A DNA stretch of 64,000 bases from a virus. Numbering within the stretch: the first letter of the stretch is position 1; each line of letters opens with the position of its first letter. The notes under the pieces were generated by a model. It saw only the letters and a list, made by a program, of their open reading frames with translations, was not told the origin of the DNA and ran no database searches. Positions 54,260 through 64,000 of this stretch are shown here, piece by piece. The position numbers and the translations under genes are program-made. Location: the IMG/VR virus record IMGVR_UViG_3300047510_002509, one strand, 5' to 3'.

Positions 54260-54579
54260 ACACCGTCTTTAAGAACAAGACTGGTTCCTACGCCCCCACC
54301 GAGCTGTCCATTGTTGTGTGGTCTAACCAAAAAGGCAGGGGTAGAGCCCTTGAGACTATGACTACCGACGATTCCACTATGCCAATCGTTTTCCCCACTG
54401 CCTATCTTAAGAAAAGGCGCGAGTGGGGCCTTGCCACATTTGTGTCCACACAGCAAGAGGTTTTTGACCTTCTACCTAAGAGCACCAAAAGAAGTCCTCT
54501 AATAATCCCAATGCCGATTGCCAAATCAGCCTTGGGCTGGGACAACTTCTATATCCCAACTGAATACGTAGAGGAATAA
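54256..54579 (+). CDS. Hypothetical protein
   Basis: Coupled ORF. Confidence 0.65.
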   Translation: MNTVFKNKTGSYAPTELSIVVWSNQKGRGRALETMTTDDSTMPIVFPTAYLKKRREWGLATFVSTQQEVFDLLPKSTKRSPLIIPMPIAKSALGWDNFYIPTEYVEE

Positions 54580-54950
54580 TGAGAAAACAACTAGATGTCT
54601 TTCCAGCAATCGTAAAAGTCATTTCTCCGGGCTCCCTTTCCGACCTAAGCCTCGCTAACGTCAAAGGGGATATGCCACAAGGGACAAGGAAGTTGGACCG
54701 TTGTAGGGTTGTGGTGCTTGGCGACACGATTGTGATTGCCGTTGACTCTCCTGAGGGGCCTCAGCTAGTCTTCCGCGAGCGGGTTGTTGAAATGCTCAAT
54801 GAGAAGGGCTTAGACAGGGTAAAAACCGAATCAGGCAAAATGCTGGCTTTTATCAAGGACAATAACTGCGGGTGTGGGTCTCGGCTTCGTAGTTGGAACC
54901 CTTTTGGAAACATCGTCTCATCTACGGAGGACCCAAGTGGAATTATTTGA
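54579..54950 (+). CDS. Hypothetical protein (CGCGSRLRSW)
   Basis: Coupled ORF upstream of the portal. Confidence 0.7.
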   Translation: MRKQLDVFPAIVKVISPGSLSDLSLANVKGDMPQGTRKLDRCRVVVLGDTIVIAVDSPEGPQLVFRERVVEMLNEKGLDRVKTESGKMLAFIKDNNCGCGSRLRSWNPFGNIVSSTEDPSGII

Positions 54951-55221
54951 GTTTGTAATACTCGCCCTTGCAACCTTTCGTATCACCAGACTAATAACGC
55001 GAGACGTTATTACCGAACCAATAAGGAGTAGAGTCTGGAAAAAGCTACCCCCAGAGTCTTCCAAGATTGGCTACCTATTCACTTGCGAGTGGTGTATGTC
55101 GATTTGGGTAGCATCACTTGTCTACGTATGCTTTATCATTACATCAGTAACTGTTATCCTTTTAGTGCCATTCGCACTATCAGCCGTAGCAGGACTGTTG
55201 ACTGCGTATGAGGACAAATAG
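54937..55221 (+). CDS. DUF1360-like membrane protein
   Basis: LATFRITRLIT.D.I..P.R, L.TC.WC.S.W. Confidence 0.85.
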   Translation: MELFEFVILALATFRITRLITRDVITEPIRSRVWKKLPPESSKIGYLFTCEWCMSIWVASLVYVCFIITSVTVILLVPFALSAVAGLLTAYEDK

Positions 55222-55253
55222 CTCATGCTCCGTAACAAAGTGAAGGGTTAACA

Positions 55254-57023
55254 ATGGCGGTATTCAAAAAAGAAGAGCCAGTACAAGAGCCAGTTGTTTC
55301 TGAAACCAAGAAACCACGTCCTCGTCGCCGTACTCGTACTAACCGCTCTACTCAAATTATTGAGAGAACAGTAGCTCCTCAGCCTTCTGGCATTCTTTCA
55401 GTTTTCACTTCACCAAACTCACCAGCTCCGCTTTCTTACAACACTCCTCGTTCTATGACTGCAGCAGCAGTTCAAGTCAAAGTAAATGACAAAGGCGAGT
55501 TCGAACAGTTTAAGCAACGTCGTAGCGCATCCTCATCTGCATGGCAGGCCGAAGCTTGGGAGTATTACGACGCAATTGGTGAAATTAAATACGCATTTAA
55601 TCTTGTTGCATCTGTTGTCTCACGTATTCGTATATACGCAGCTGCAATTGATGACCCATCACAGGCTCCAGTTTCAGTACACGAGTCTCGAGTAATTGAC
55701 CAACGTCTTGCATCAGCAGCAGAGCGTGCTCTTGACCGTCTTAACTCTGCATATGGAGGCCAAGCAGGTCTTCTTAAAGATGCAGCTCTTAATCTTTCAG
55801 TTGCTGGTGAATGTTATCTAGTACAAATGCCAGCTCGTCCAGGTTCAGGAATTCCTGAATCTTGGGACGTCCGTTCCGTTGACGAAGTTGTAACAGATGC
55901 ACGTGGTGGATTTAATGTTATTGGTCGCCGTGAGCAGGGTGCAGGTCAAGGTGGCGGTGCATCAATGGGAGTTAACAAACTTAATAAAGGTTCCTTTGTA
56001 GGACGTATCTGGCGTTCACATCCACGTTTCTCTGATGAAGCAGATTCTTCTCTACGCGGTCTTCTAGATCTTTGCGCAGAACTACTTCTCCTCAACAGAA
56101 CATTCCGTGCAACTGCACGCTCTCGCCTCAACGCAGGAGCACTTTATCTTCCAGACGGACTTTCTGTTGCTGCACAAGCAGACCCTAACTATCCATACGA
56201 TTCTGAAGACGGAATGGGAGCGGGCTTTACTGCAGAAGAAGCAGAAGACGAATTTGAAGAGCAACTCATCGATGCGATGACAACTCCGATTCGTGATGAA
56301 GAATCTGCGAGCGCTGTTGTTCCTCTTATCATTCGCGGTCCTGCAGAACTTGGTGACCGCATCAAGCAATTTAAGTTTGAGCGTTCTTTCGACCCAGCAC
56401 TTGCTGAGCGTTCAGACCGTGTACTAGAGCGCATTCTTCAAGGTCTTGATGTTCCAAAGGACATCGTCACAGGTCTTGCAAATGTTAAGTACTCCAACGC
56501 GATGCAAATCGACGAGTCTCTGTACAAGGCACACATCGAACCATTGATGCTTCTCATCTCAGACGCTCTTACAGTTGTCTACCTACGCCCATATCTAATG
56601 GCAAATGGTTTCACCGAGTCTGAAGTAAATAGAATTGTTGTTTGGTACGACCCATCAGCAGTCTCAACACGTAACGACCGTGCTGCAGATGCAGATGCAG
56701 GTTACGACCGCATGGCAGTTTCTGCTGACACATGGCGTCGTGCTCACGGCTTCTCAGACCAAGATGCTCCTACTCCAACAGAAGTTGCTCTACGACTTCT
56801 ACAAGAGCGTGGCGCAATCACACCAGAACTTACAGAGGCAATGCTTAAAGCTGTTGCACCAGATGTGATGCAAGCAGTTCAGCAAGTAAGCCAAGAAAGT
56901 TCTGTTGCTCCAATGTCACCAGAGTTGCAAACTCTTCTTGACGGTGCAATTGGCGAAGCTCCAGCAGAGACTCCAACCGAGGAACCAGCAACACCTGCAC
57001 CAACTGAGGAGGCTCAGCAGTAA
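55254..57023 (+). CDS. Portal protein (actinophage type)
   Basis: WQ.EAWEYYD.IGE, L.V.GECY, RIWR.HPR....ADS, SA.VP. Confidence 0.8.
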   Translation: MAVFKKEEPVQEPVVSETKKPRPRRRTRTNRSTQIIERTVAPQPSGILSVFTSPNSPAPLSYNTPRSMTAAAVQVKVNDKGEFEQFKQRRSASSSAWQAEAWEYYDAIGEIKYAFNLVASVVSRIRIYAAAIDDPSQAPVSVHESRVIDQRLASAAERALDRLNSAYGGQAGLLKDAALNLSVAGECYLVQMPARPGSGIPESWDVRSVDEVVTDARGGFNVIGRREQGAGQGGGASMGVNKLNKGSFVGRIWRSHPRFSDEADSSLRGLLDLCAELLLLNRTFRATARSRLNAGALYLPDGLSVAAQADPNYPYDSEDGMGAGFTAEEAEDEFEEQLIDAMTTPIRDEESASAVVPLIIRGPAELGDRIKQFKFERSFDPALAERSDRVLERILQGLDVPKDIVTGLANVKYSNAMQIDESLYKAHIEPLMLLISDALTVVYLRPYLMANGFTESEVNRIVVWYDPSAVSTRNDRAADADAGYDRMAVSADTWRRAHGFSDQDAPTPTEVALRLLQERGAITPELTEAMLKAVAPDVMQAVQQVSQESSVAPMSPELQTLLDGAIGEAPAETPTEEPATPAPTEEAQQ

Positions 57024-58367
57024 ATGGCTGAAGAGACTTGCCCTCCAGCAACTCAAGATGTTGCTTTGAATCTAAAAAATCGCAAGAACGCGATTGACAC
57101 TGCAATGTATGGACCACTCAATCCTGCAGAGCCAAACGAAGAGTATTGGACTGCACTTGGAAGCGAGTGGGGCGTAGATGCAGAAACTGCTAAAAAGCAG
57201 ACTTGTGGCAATTGCGCTGTCTTTATTAAAACACCAGAGATGCTTTCATGCATTGAAAGCGGTTTGACCGACAACTCAGATGAGTTCGATTCAATTGATG
57301 CAGCTGGTGAACTAGGATATTGCGAAGCGTTTGATTTCAAATGTGCATCTGCACGTACATGTCGCGCTTGGGTTGCAGGTGGTCCTGTGACAGCTGCTGC
57401 TAAAAAGAAGATTGCACAAACCCCTGCCCCTAAAAAAGATCGCGTCAAAGGCTCTGACAAAAATACAAAGGGCTCAGCTGCAGGCGGTAAGAAAATCACT
57501 TTTACTCCTGCGATTGAAGCTTCTCTTCGAAAGAAGGCACAGGAGCACAACGAGAAGGCACCTAAGGGTCGCAAGACTTCCGTCTCAACGCTCAAGGCGG
57601 TCTACCGCCGTGGTGCAGGAGCCTATTCAGTATCTCATCGACCTGGGATGACTCGTAACCAGTGGGCTATGGGTCGCGTTAACGCTTTCCTTCGTCTACT
57701 TAAGTCTGGTAAGCCAAAGAACTCTGCGTACAAAGCAGATAATGACCTTCTACCAGCATCACACCCTAAGTCTTCAAAAAAGAACGCATCTTCAAAAGCA
57801 ATTACAGCTTCTGCGTTGATTCCTGAAGAGCAGGCACTAGCAGACGCTCTTGTTTCAATCACAGAGAAATATGGCAAGTTTGACCAAGACGGTGATGGAG
57901 TTTGGGCTGGCTACACACCTGCTTCTGAGAACGAAGTAAAAGATATCGGCGTTAAGTGCTCCAACTGCGTCTTCTACCAAGCAGGAGATGTATGTCGAAT
58001 TATTTCTCTTCCAATTGAAGATGATGGTAAGTGCCGTTTTGCTGTAATTCCAGAAGGCGTTGTAGATGTTTCGCAGGTTCCAGTTCGTGATGAAGAAGAC
58101 CTAGAACTTCTTCTTGCATCTGCAGAGGCAGAAGCAGACCTAACCGTGGAGTTGAAGTCTGAAGAAGAGTACGAAACTCCAGAGTACGCAATTTTTGCCA
58201 TGACAGAATATTCTGGACTTGGCTACGAAGCAGAGCCAGCTTTCCGTGCTGCTTGGCTTCGTGCAGTTCGCAACAATGAAAACCCATTTAAGCGAGCAGC
58301 AGTTCTTGCAGTAATGACATACGACAGCATGGATTCAGACCTTCTGCCGAAAAGGAAGAACAAGTAA
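57024..58367 (+). CDS. Multi-domain head-associated protein with two Cys clusters (HiPIP-like) and a basic YRRG..SHRPG..QWA..RVN.F domain
   Basis: CGNC...GYC....FKC...RTC..W; CSNCVFY....C.........G.C; follows the portal. Confidence 0.7.
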   Translation: MAEETCPPATQDVALNLKNRKNAIDTAMYGPLNPAEPNEEYWTALGSEWGVDAETAKKQTCGNCAVFIKTPEMLSCIESGLTDNSDEFDSIDAAGELGYCEAFDFKCASARTCRAWVAGGPVTAAAKKKIAQTPAPKKDRVKGSDKNTKGSAAGGKKITFTPAIEASLRKKAQEHNEKAPKGRKTSVSTLKAVYRRGAGAYSVSHRPGMTRNQWAMGRVNAFLRLLKSGKPKNSAYKADNDLLPASHPKSSKKNASSKAITASALIPEEQALADALVSITEKYGKFDQDGDGVWAGYTPASENEVKDIGVKCSNCVFYQAGDVCRIISLPIEDDGKCRFAVIPEGVVDVSQVPVRDEEDLELLLASAEAEADLTVELKSEEEYETPEYAIFAMTEYSGLGYEAEPAFRAAWLRAVRNNENPFKRAAVLAVMTYDSMDSDLLPKRKNK

Positions 58368-61300
58368 TGGCTGCCAAGAGCAAAATACAAGTACCAGTTA
58401 TTTCTTATGAAGCGCAGAACCAGCGAATTATTGATGCTGGTCTTGAGCTAGTTAAAGAAGCAAACTCTAAGTTTTCTGGTTCTCGCATTGTTACTCGTAG
58501 AGCTGCTCTTGCTGTTCTAAACCGTTCTTTGACAAAGTATGAAGGTGAGTCTTACTCTCTTCGTCGTATTCGCTCCATCAAAGAGTTAAACAACTACATC
58601 CAACTTGCTCAATACAACAAAGTTTTCTTTGGAACTGTAGATAACACAGACCTACTTCCAATCTCCCACCCACGTTCTACTCGCAAGCATGAGTTGAGCA
58701 CTGCTGACCTTATGCGCCACCGCGCTCGCTGGATTGTTGACGACCCAAAGATTCAAGACGATGAGATTCGCTCTGTTCTAGCTTCTGCTCTAACTGCACA
58801 CCCAGCTACCGCTGAGTACGAGTATTCAATCGCTCGCTTGCAGTCACTGCCACAGGGCACAGTCCCTTCTTACGCACTTCTAGCAGCTCTAGGTGATGGA
58901 AACTCATCTGCTGCACGTCGCGCTCGTGCTTTGCTACAGCGTCGTGACCGTAAGGGTCGCTTTGCGTTCATGGGCGGTTCACTTCGTGCTTTGATTCGTA
59001 AAGCAAATGGTGTTGTTCAATCTCTAACTGGTAAGACTGTTGCTGCCGATGAGAACAGCGATACTTTTGACATTGAGTTGCCAAATGGTGACCTTGTTCG
59101 TGTCCCAGCCAAGTCTGCAGAAGGTGTCAAGGCAGTTCTTAAGTCTGCTCAAAATCCAGATGGATATAGCAAGACTCCTGCAAAGGTAAAAACTGGTGAC
59201 CCAGTTGTTGATGAAAAAGATTTAATTAAGCTCGATGCTCCTGCAGGATTTAGCAAGGATGAAAGCTGGTCTCCAAGCGAAGACGACCAGAAGTACTACG
59301 GAACCAAGATTGACCTTGGAACCAAGTACACAGATGATGCATACGACGTTATTAAAGTTTCTAGCCCTAACGCATTTGCTAAAGACCAATTCGAAGCAGC
59401 ACAACAGCGCGAAGGAGAAGGTCAGAACGTTGTTACAGAAGGACTTGGAAAGAATGGCTCACTAGACCCAAATCTTCCTGTCTACTTTGTATCTCGCCGT
59501 GGAGAGAACGAGAAGTTCCCGTTTGCTGCTGTACAGCGTTGGTCTGATGTTCAGGACTACATTGCACAGGATGAACCAAAGTTTGAGAAGAACGAACTAC
59601 CAGACCCATCAAAGATGCTTGATGAAGGTCAAGAAGCTTCTGAGCCACAAGCCCCAGAGGCAACACCTGCTGAAGGTCTTGAAGGCAAGTTAGTTCCTAA
59701 ATCTTCAAAGAAGAATTTGAAGAAAGACCAGAAGAAGTATCAAAAGGCTCTTAAGGATTATGAGAAGAGTGGTGGAACATTCCCACTCGACCCGACCAAA
59801 GACCACATGCTTCTTCCAGATGGCACAGTTGTTGACGCTGAGACTGGTGAGGTTGTTCGTAATGCAGATGGAACCTCTGCAAAAATTAAGCCTGGAACTG
59901 AAGCATCTGAAGTTCCTGCTGGCGCATACAAGATGGACGATGCTCCATACACACCACAGGGAGCCGATGCAGATGTAGAGTCTGCTGACTACACAGATGA
60001 CCCTGCTGAAATCGCACAAAAGTTTGATACTCCAGAAATTACTGATGCTTTGGAAAAAGCTGTTGATGGAGACGGAACTTCTCAGCTTCCATTTGAAGCA
60101 GGAGATGAGTCTGTACCTGCTGAGGCTCTAAGAGATGCTCTTGATGAAAAGGGCGAAGACTCTAAAAGCATTCTTGCAAAAATTTACGACAAGATTAAAA
60201 ACAAGCTTTCAGGTAAGAAAGAAGAAGCTACACCTGAAGTTCCTCAAGATGTTGTAGATGAATTAGGCAAAGACTTACCAGAGTCTCCAATGCCATCTGC
60301 TGATGCAGACCCAGCAAAATTGCCTGCACTGCTTGATGGATTGTCTGATGCAGAAAAAGACGAGTATGCCAAAACTGGCGATTACGCCAAGCATCTTCCA
60401 AAAAATAAAGATGATTTTGATTTGCCAGAAGGTTACGGCTTCCTAGACGCAGAGCCTTTTAACAAAGACCTATTCACACTTCCAGAGGATGCTCCAGAAG
60501 GATTTAATTTCGACCCAATCGATATTGCAAATAACTACGACACTGAAGCACTTAAGAAGGAGTTGCGTCGCGCTGTGGAACCAGGCGGCGATGGTTATGG
60601 AATTCTTTCTCAAGAGACTGATACTGGCGAAGATTACAATGGGTACGTTCCAGCAGAAGCGATTCGCGATGCGCTTCAACTACAAGGTGAAGACACTAAT
60701 TCTCTTCTTAATGACATTTACGAAGAAGGTATCGCTGGTCAAGAAGACCTAACCCCTGTAGAAATCAGTGACGCTCTGGAAGGAGAAGAACCTGAAACAT
60801 CCGAAGGAACACCAACCCCTGAGCAAGAAGCGCCTGCCGAAGCCCCGCAACAAGTTGCGACGGATGAAGCGGGACCCGAAACCGTTGCCAATATTGGAGA
60901 ACCAAGCGGACCTGCAATCGTTGAATCAAAAGCAGGAGATCTCAAACCAGGAGATATAACTGTTGGTGACAACTTTACGATTGAAAACGTATTTTCTGAT
61001 GAAGAGTCTGAGGCACTAAAACCGGGTTCAGTTTGGGTTGAGGGTTACTATCCAGGTCACGTCACACAAAAGACTAAATTGTGGAACGCAGACACAAACA
61101 TTTCTGTTTTCCGTAACGTCGAGCCTCCTGCAAAGGGAGACTTGCCAGAGCTGTCTAAGCCAAAGCCAAAAGAGTTTGACCCTGAAGGCAAGATTTACAA
61201 GGACAAGGTCCTTGGTGTTTTTGTTCCAAAAGATGGAGAAGCTCGCAGCAAGTTCCTCGATGCTCTAGACCAATACAACGCTCAGATGGCAGAGGCTAAA

Positions 61301-64000
61301 GCTAAGTGGCAAGAGCCAGAAGGTCTAGACAAGTGGCACAGTAAAGAAGACACTGTTTCTTCTGTTCCTGTTTCTAACCCTGTTGCCATTGTTGAAGTTC
61401 CTGCAGCTGAAGTAAAAGCTGGAGACATAACTTTCAAGAAAGAGAAAGACGCTCCAAACTACGAATTTTTTGTTGTTGAAGAGAACCTCGGCATTGACCC
61501 AGAAACAGGTCAGGCAAAACTAAAGGGATTCTATCCAGGACACGTCTCTCAGGAGAAGGCTTGGAACGCAGGAACTCTTATCAAAGTTATGCGTGGAACT
61601 CAGGACTTGCCTTCACCTGGCGACAAGCCAGCTCTAGAGCGTCCAAAGTATGCAGACCCAGATTACAACTCTAAGAAGGCTGCTTTTGATAAAGCTAAAG
61701 CAGAGTCTGGTGCAGCTTTCACACCTCCAATTGACCCAGAAACAACCACAGCTGCAGTTCCTCCAAAGCCATCTCGCCCTGTTTACCCAATCTTTGGTGG
61801 CGGCGAGAAGCTCAAGTCGATTCTTGCTGAAGCTAATGGAGACCCAGCAAAGCTCAAGGAACTTCTTAATAATGAAGTTATTGTCAGCTTTGATTTTGAA
61901 ACTGCTGCAAACAAGACAAAAGTATTTAACGAGCAAAAGCCAATTCAAGTTGCAGTTACAAAGACTAAGAATGGCGAGCTTGTAGAAGAGCCTCTAGTTC
62001 TTTGGATGAATCCTGAAGTACCTCTAGGCGATTTCTACAAGAAGGCTGACTCAGAAGGTATTCTCAAGGACACTGAAGGAAACCCAATCTCTGATGAGTG
62101 GCTCGCTAAGCAGCAATCTATTAGTGAAGCTTTTGCCAAGATTAAGGAATACCTTGGTGACGAGCCTGTAATTCTCATGGGCCATAACATCAGTGACTTT
62201 GATATCCCAATTCTTCAGCGCCACATGGAAGAAATCGGTGAGACTGTAAATATTGGTGGAACTATTGACACACTTCCACTTGCAAAGAAGTTAAAGTTCC
62301 TTGGAGATGGAAACAAGCTTGCTGAAGTTTACGCAAAGTATTTCCCTGAGAAGGGAGACCTCAACTGGCACGACGCTGCAACTGATGTTTCAGTTCTTCC
62401 AGACATTCTCAACGCAATGCTTGATGAAACTGCGTTAACTAAGAATCCTCTAGTTTTAGAAGATTTCGACATTGATGCAGCAAAGGCTAAGTACGATGCA
62501 GCTGTAGCAGACTACCTTGCTAGTAAGGCTAAGAAGTCTAAGGTTGAAACAGACCAGATTATGGCTGAGACTGTTGCTAAGGGCGGCGAAGGGGAGACTG
62601 TTGACTCTCTTATCGAGAAGGTCCCAGCTGAGCTTCCAACAAAAGATGACCTAACTTCTGCAACTATCTCTGAAGTCGTTACAACAGAGCCAGACATCGA
62701 GTCTGTCCTTGGTGGATTTGTTTCCAACAACTATGTAAATGACCCAGAAAACGTTACCTACCTAGGTGCAGTTCCTGTTGAAGAGTGGAAAGCAGGAGAC
62801 TTTATTGCTGCACCAAACGGCGGATACTGGGAAGTCCTCTCAATTGAGCCAGACCCAGAAAACGATAAAAAAGTTTTTGTTAATCGACGTCTGCTTGCAA
62901 ACGGTAACGTTTACAGCGCCGAGAACGGAAAAATTAACAGCTGGGTTAAGTATGCGAAGTACGGTTTGTGGAGACGTAACTCTGCTACTACTGAAGTAGA
63001 ACCAGAGCCAGAGCTAGAACAACCACAACTTGAAACCGATGAGGCCCCAAAGAAGGAGGAGTCCGCTGGTACTTGGGAGGGTTACAAGATTTCTCAAGGC
63101 ACCGACGGTGTTTACTATGCCGAAAACATTAAGTCTGAGGATGTACAGAAACTAAAGAGTGGTGAGCTAACACCTCCACAAACTCCATTCTTTGCACCAC
63201 TTGGCGGCGGAAATGATCAAGAGACTGGAGAAGGCTACTTCTTCACCACAGATGGCAAGCGCTTCTGGGGTAAGTATGGTGCCGCTGGTGCTTTGGTACG
63301 TCGCAAGAATGCAGATGGAGAGTACGAGTACTTCTTAGCAAAGCGTTCTTCAAGCCTATCCCAAGGTGGTGGCAAGTGGGGCATCCCAGGTGGTGCTCAC
63401 AAAGACCAACTTATGGCGAAGACTCCACAAGCAACTTCCAAAGAAGAGTTTATGGAAGAAGTTGGTGGTGACCTCACTAACCTCACACCTATCTACACCG
63501 ACATTAACAAGGTTGGGGCAGAGTGGGGCTACGAGACAGATGTTTATGAAGTAGGACCAAACCAATTCAAAGACCTTTCCAGCAAGGATGGAGAGAACAC
63601 TGCAGTTGGTTGGTTCACCGCTGACCAAATTACCAAGATGGCAGATGAAGGAAAACTTCACTCAGACTTTGCTGACTCATTCCCAGGAATTATTGACTCT
63701 GTAAATCTTGATGCTCCTACCTCTGGTAAGCCAACTACCACTGAAACCGTATTTGCTGAAGATGTTTCAACAACATTCGACACCAGCAAGTGGGTCAAGT
63801 CAGGTGGACAAGGTGGTTCTAACCAAGGTGCTTTCTACACTGACCCACAAACTGGTCAGCAGTACTACGTAAAGAAGCCAAAGTCTGACAAGCACGCTGC
63901 GAATGAAGTTCTTGGCGGTGCATTATACGAAGCTGCAGGTGTTAAGTTCGGTCGTGCTTATCTAGGTGTAGACAAGAGTGGAAAAACTGTTTTAGTTTCT
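58367..64000 (+). CDS. Giant polyvalent protein (>1878 aa, runs off window): DEDDh exonuclease, Nudix, kinase-like domain
   Basis: TAATG-coupled start; same frame at each point translated and at the window end; FDFET/GHNISDFD/HDAATD; FWGKYGAAG...WGIPGG...EEVG; GQGGSN...YYVK...NEV. Confidence 0.85.
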   Translation, partial: MAAKSKIQVPVISYEAQNQRIIDAGLELVKEANSKFSGSRIVTRRAALAVLNRSLTKYEGESYSLRRIRSIKELNNYIQLAQYNKVFFGTVDNTDLLPISHPRSTRKHELSTADLMRHRARWIVDDPKIQDDEIRSVLASALTAHPATAEYEYSIARLQSLPQGTVPSYALLAALGDGNSSAARRARALLQRRDRKGRFAFMGGSLRALIRKANGVVQSLTGKTVAADENSDTFDIELPNGDLVRVPAKSAEGVKAVLKSAQNPDGYSKTPAKVKTGDPVVDEKDLIKLDAPAGFSKDESWSPSEDDQKYYGTKIDLGTKYTDDAYDVIKVSSPNAFAKDQFEAAQQREGEGQNVVTEGLGKNGSLDPNLPVYFVSRRGENEKFPFAAVQRWSDVQDYIAQDEPKFEKNELPDPSKMLDEGQEASEPQAPEATPAEGLEGKLVPKSSKKNLKKDQKKYQKALKDYEKSGGTFPLDPTKDHMLLPDGTVVDAETGEVVRNADGTSAKIKPGTEASEVPAGAYKMDDAPYTPQGADADVESADYTDDPAEIAQKFDTPEITDALEKAVDGDGTSQLPFEAGDESVPAEALRDALDEKGEDSKSILAKIYDKIKNKLSGKKEEATPEVPQDVVDELGKDLPESPMPSADADPAKLPALLDGLSDAEKDEYAKTGDYAKHLPKNKDDFDLPEGYGFLDAEPFNKDLFTLPEDAPEGFNFDPIDIANNYDTEALKKELRRAVEPGGDGYGILSQETDTGEDYNGYVPAEAIRDALQLQGEDTNSLLNDIYEEGIAGQEDLTPVEISDALEGEEPETSEGTPTPEQEAPAEAPQQVATDEAGPETVANIGEPSGPAIVESKAGDLKPGDITVGDNFTIENVFSDEESEALKPGSVWVEGYYPGHVTQKTKLWNADTNISVFRNVEPPAKGDLPELSKPKPKEFDPEGKIYKDKVLGVFVPKDGEARSKFLDALDQYNAQMAEAKAKWQEPEGLDKWHSKEDTVSSVPVSNPVAIVEVPAAEVKAGDITFKKEKDAPNYEFFVVEENLGIDPETGQAKLKGFYPGHVSQEKAWNAGTLIKVMRGTQDLPSPGDKPALERPKYADPDYNSKKAAFDKAKAESGAAFTPPIDPETTTAAVPPKPSRPVYPIFGGGEKLKSILAEANGDPAKLKELLNNEVIVSFDFETAANKTKVFNEQKPIQVAVTKTKNGELVEEPLVLWMNPEVPLGDFYKKADSEGILKDTEGNPISDEWLAKQQSISEAFAKIKEYLGDEPVILMGHNISDFDIPILQRHMEEIGETVNIGGTIDTLPLAKKLKFLGDGNKLAEVYAKYFPEKGDLNWHDAATDVSVLPDILNAMLDETALTKNPLVLEDFDIDAAKAKYDAAVADYLASKAKKSKVETDQIMAETVAKGGEGETVDSLIEKVPAELPTKDDLTSATISEVVTTEPDIESVLGGFVSNNYVNDPENVTYLGAVPVEEWKAGDFIAAPNGGYWEVLSIEPDPENDKKVFVNRRLLANGNVYSAENGKINSWVKYAKYGLWRRNSATTEVEPEPELEQPQLETDEAPKKEESAGTWEGYKISQGTDGVYYAENIKSEDVQKLKSGELTPPQTPFFAPLGGGNDQETGEGYFFTTDGKRFWGKYGAAGALVRRKNADGEYEYFLAKRSSSLSQGGGKWGIPGGAHKDQLMAKTPQATSKEEFMEEVGGDLTNLTPIYTDINKVGAEWGYETDVYEVGPNQFKDLSSKDGENTAVGWFTADQITKMADEGKLHSDFADSFPGIIDSVNLDAPTSGKPTTTETVFAEDVSTTFDTSKWVKSGGQGGSNQGAFYTDPQTGQQYYVKKPKSDKHAANEVLGGALYEAAGVKFGRAYLGVDKSGKTVLVS

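Noticed and set aside
59222-63661. Short ORFs listed inside the giant gene and antisense ORFs inside other long genes
   Set aside because: Shadow frames of well-supported CDSs, with no RBS or motifs.
1-64000. tRNA, rRNA, tmRNA genes or CRISPR array
   Set aside because: No cloverleaf with T-loop and no regularly spaced identical repeats were seen by eye; the 35.1-35.6 kb repeats are short and irregularly spaced.

Overview
This window is part of a large lytic tailed phage (about 42% GC by eye) that most likely infects an actinobacterium. Host evidence: DUF3039-, DUF1360-, FmdB- and NrdH-like genes, an actinophage-type portal, a MutT3-like Nudix domain and many leaderless genes. It has four parts. 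(1) 1-30 kb, mostly minus strand: nucleotide metabolism (thyX, class II RNR nrdJ, nrdH), a small B12 operon (PduO plus a secreted DUF4430-like protein), candidate DNA modifiers (Dam-like MTase, ABC-ATPase/GNAT, SpeD), five peptidoglycan hydrolases, surface glyco-enzymes and a putative ~315-nt structured ncRNA. (2) 30-35.6 kb: strand switch, an AT-rich region, a TerS-like gene, a long palindrome and iteron-like repeats. (3) 35.6-53.5 kb: an early/host-takeover block of small genes plus a MoxR-VWA pair, a proteasome-beta-like peptidase and a lytic transglycosylase, driven by about 14 near-identical promoters. (4) 53.6-64 kb: portal, a Cys-rich head-associated protein and a >1878-aa polyvalent protein (DEDDh exonuclease, Nudix, kinase-like domain). 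The most novel signals are non-coding. Early transcription units end in hairpins whose loops are the exact antisense of the ribosome-binding regions of genes in the same unit. A strand-polarised GGTAAAAA motif marks nearly all of the early-block sites of GATC, which the genome otherwise avoids. Host-regulator-like boxes sit at fixed distances from early promoters. All counts were made by eye and family assignments rest on recalled motifs, not database searches.
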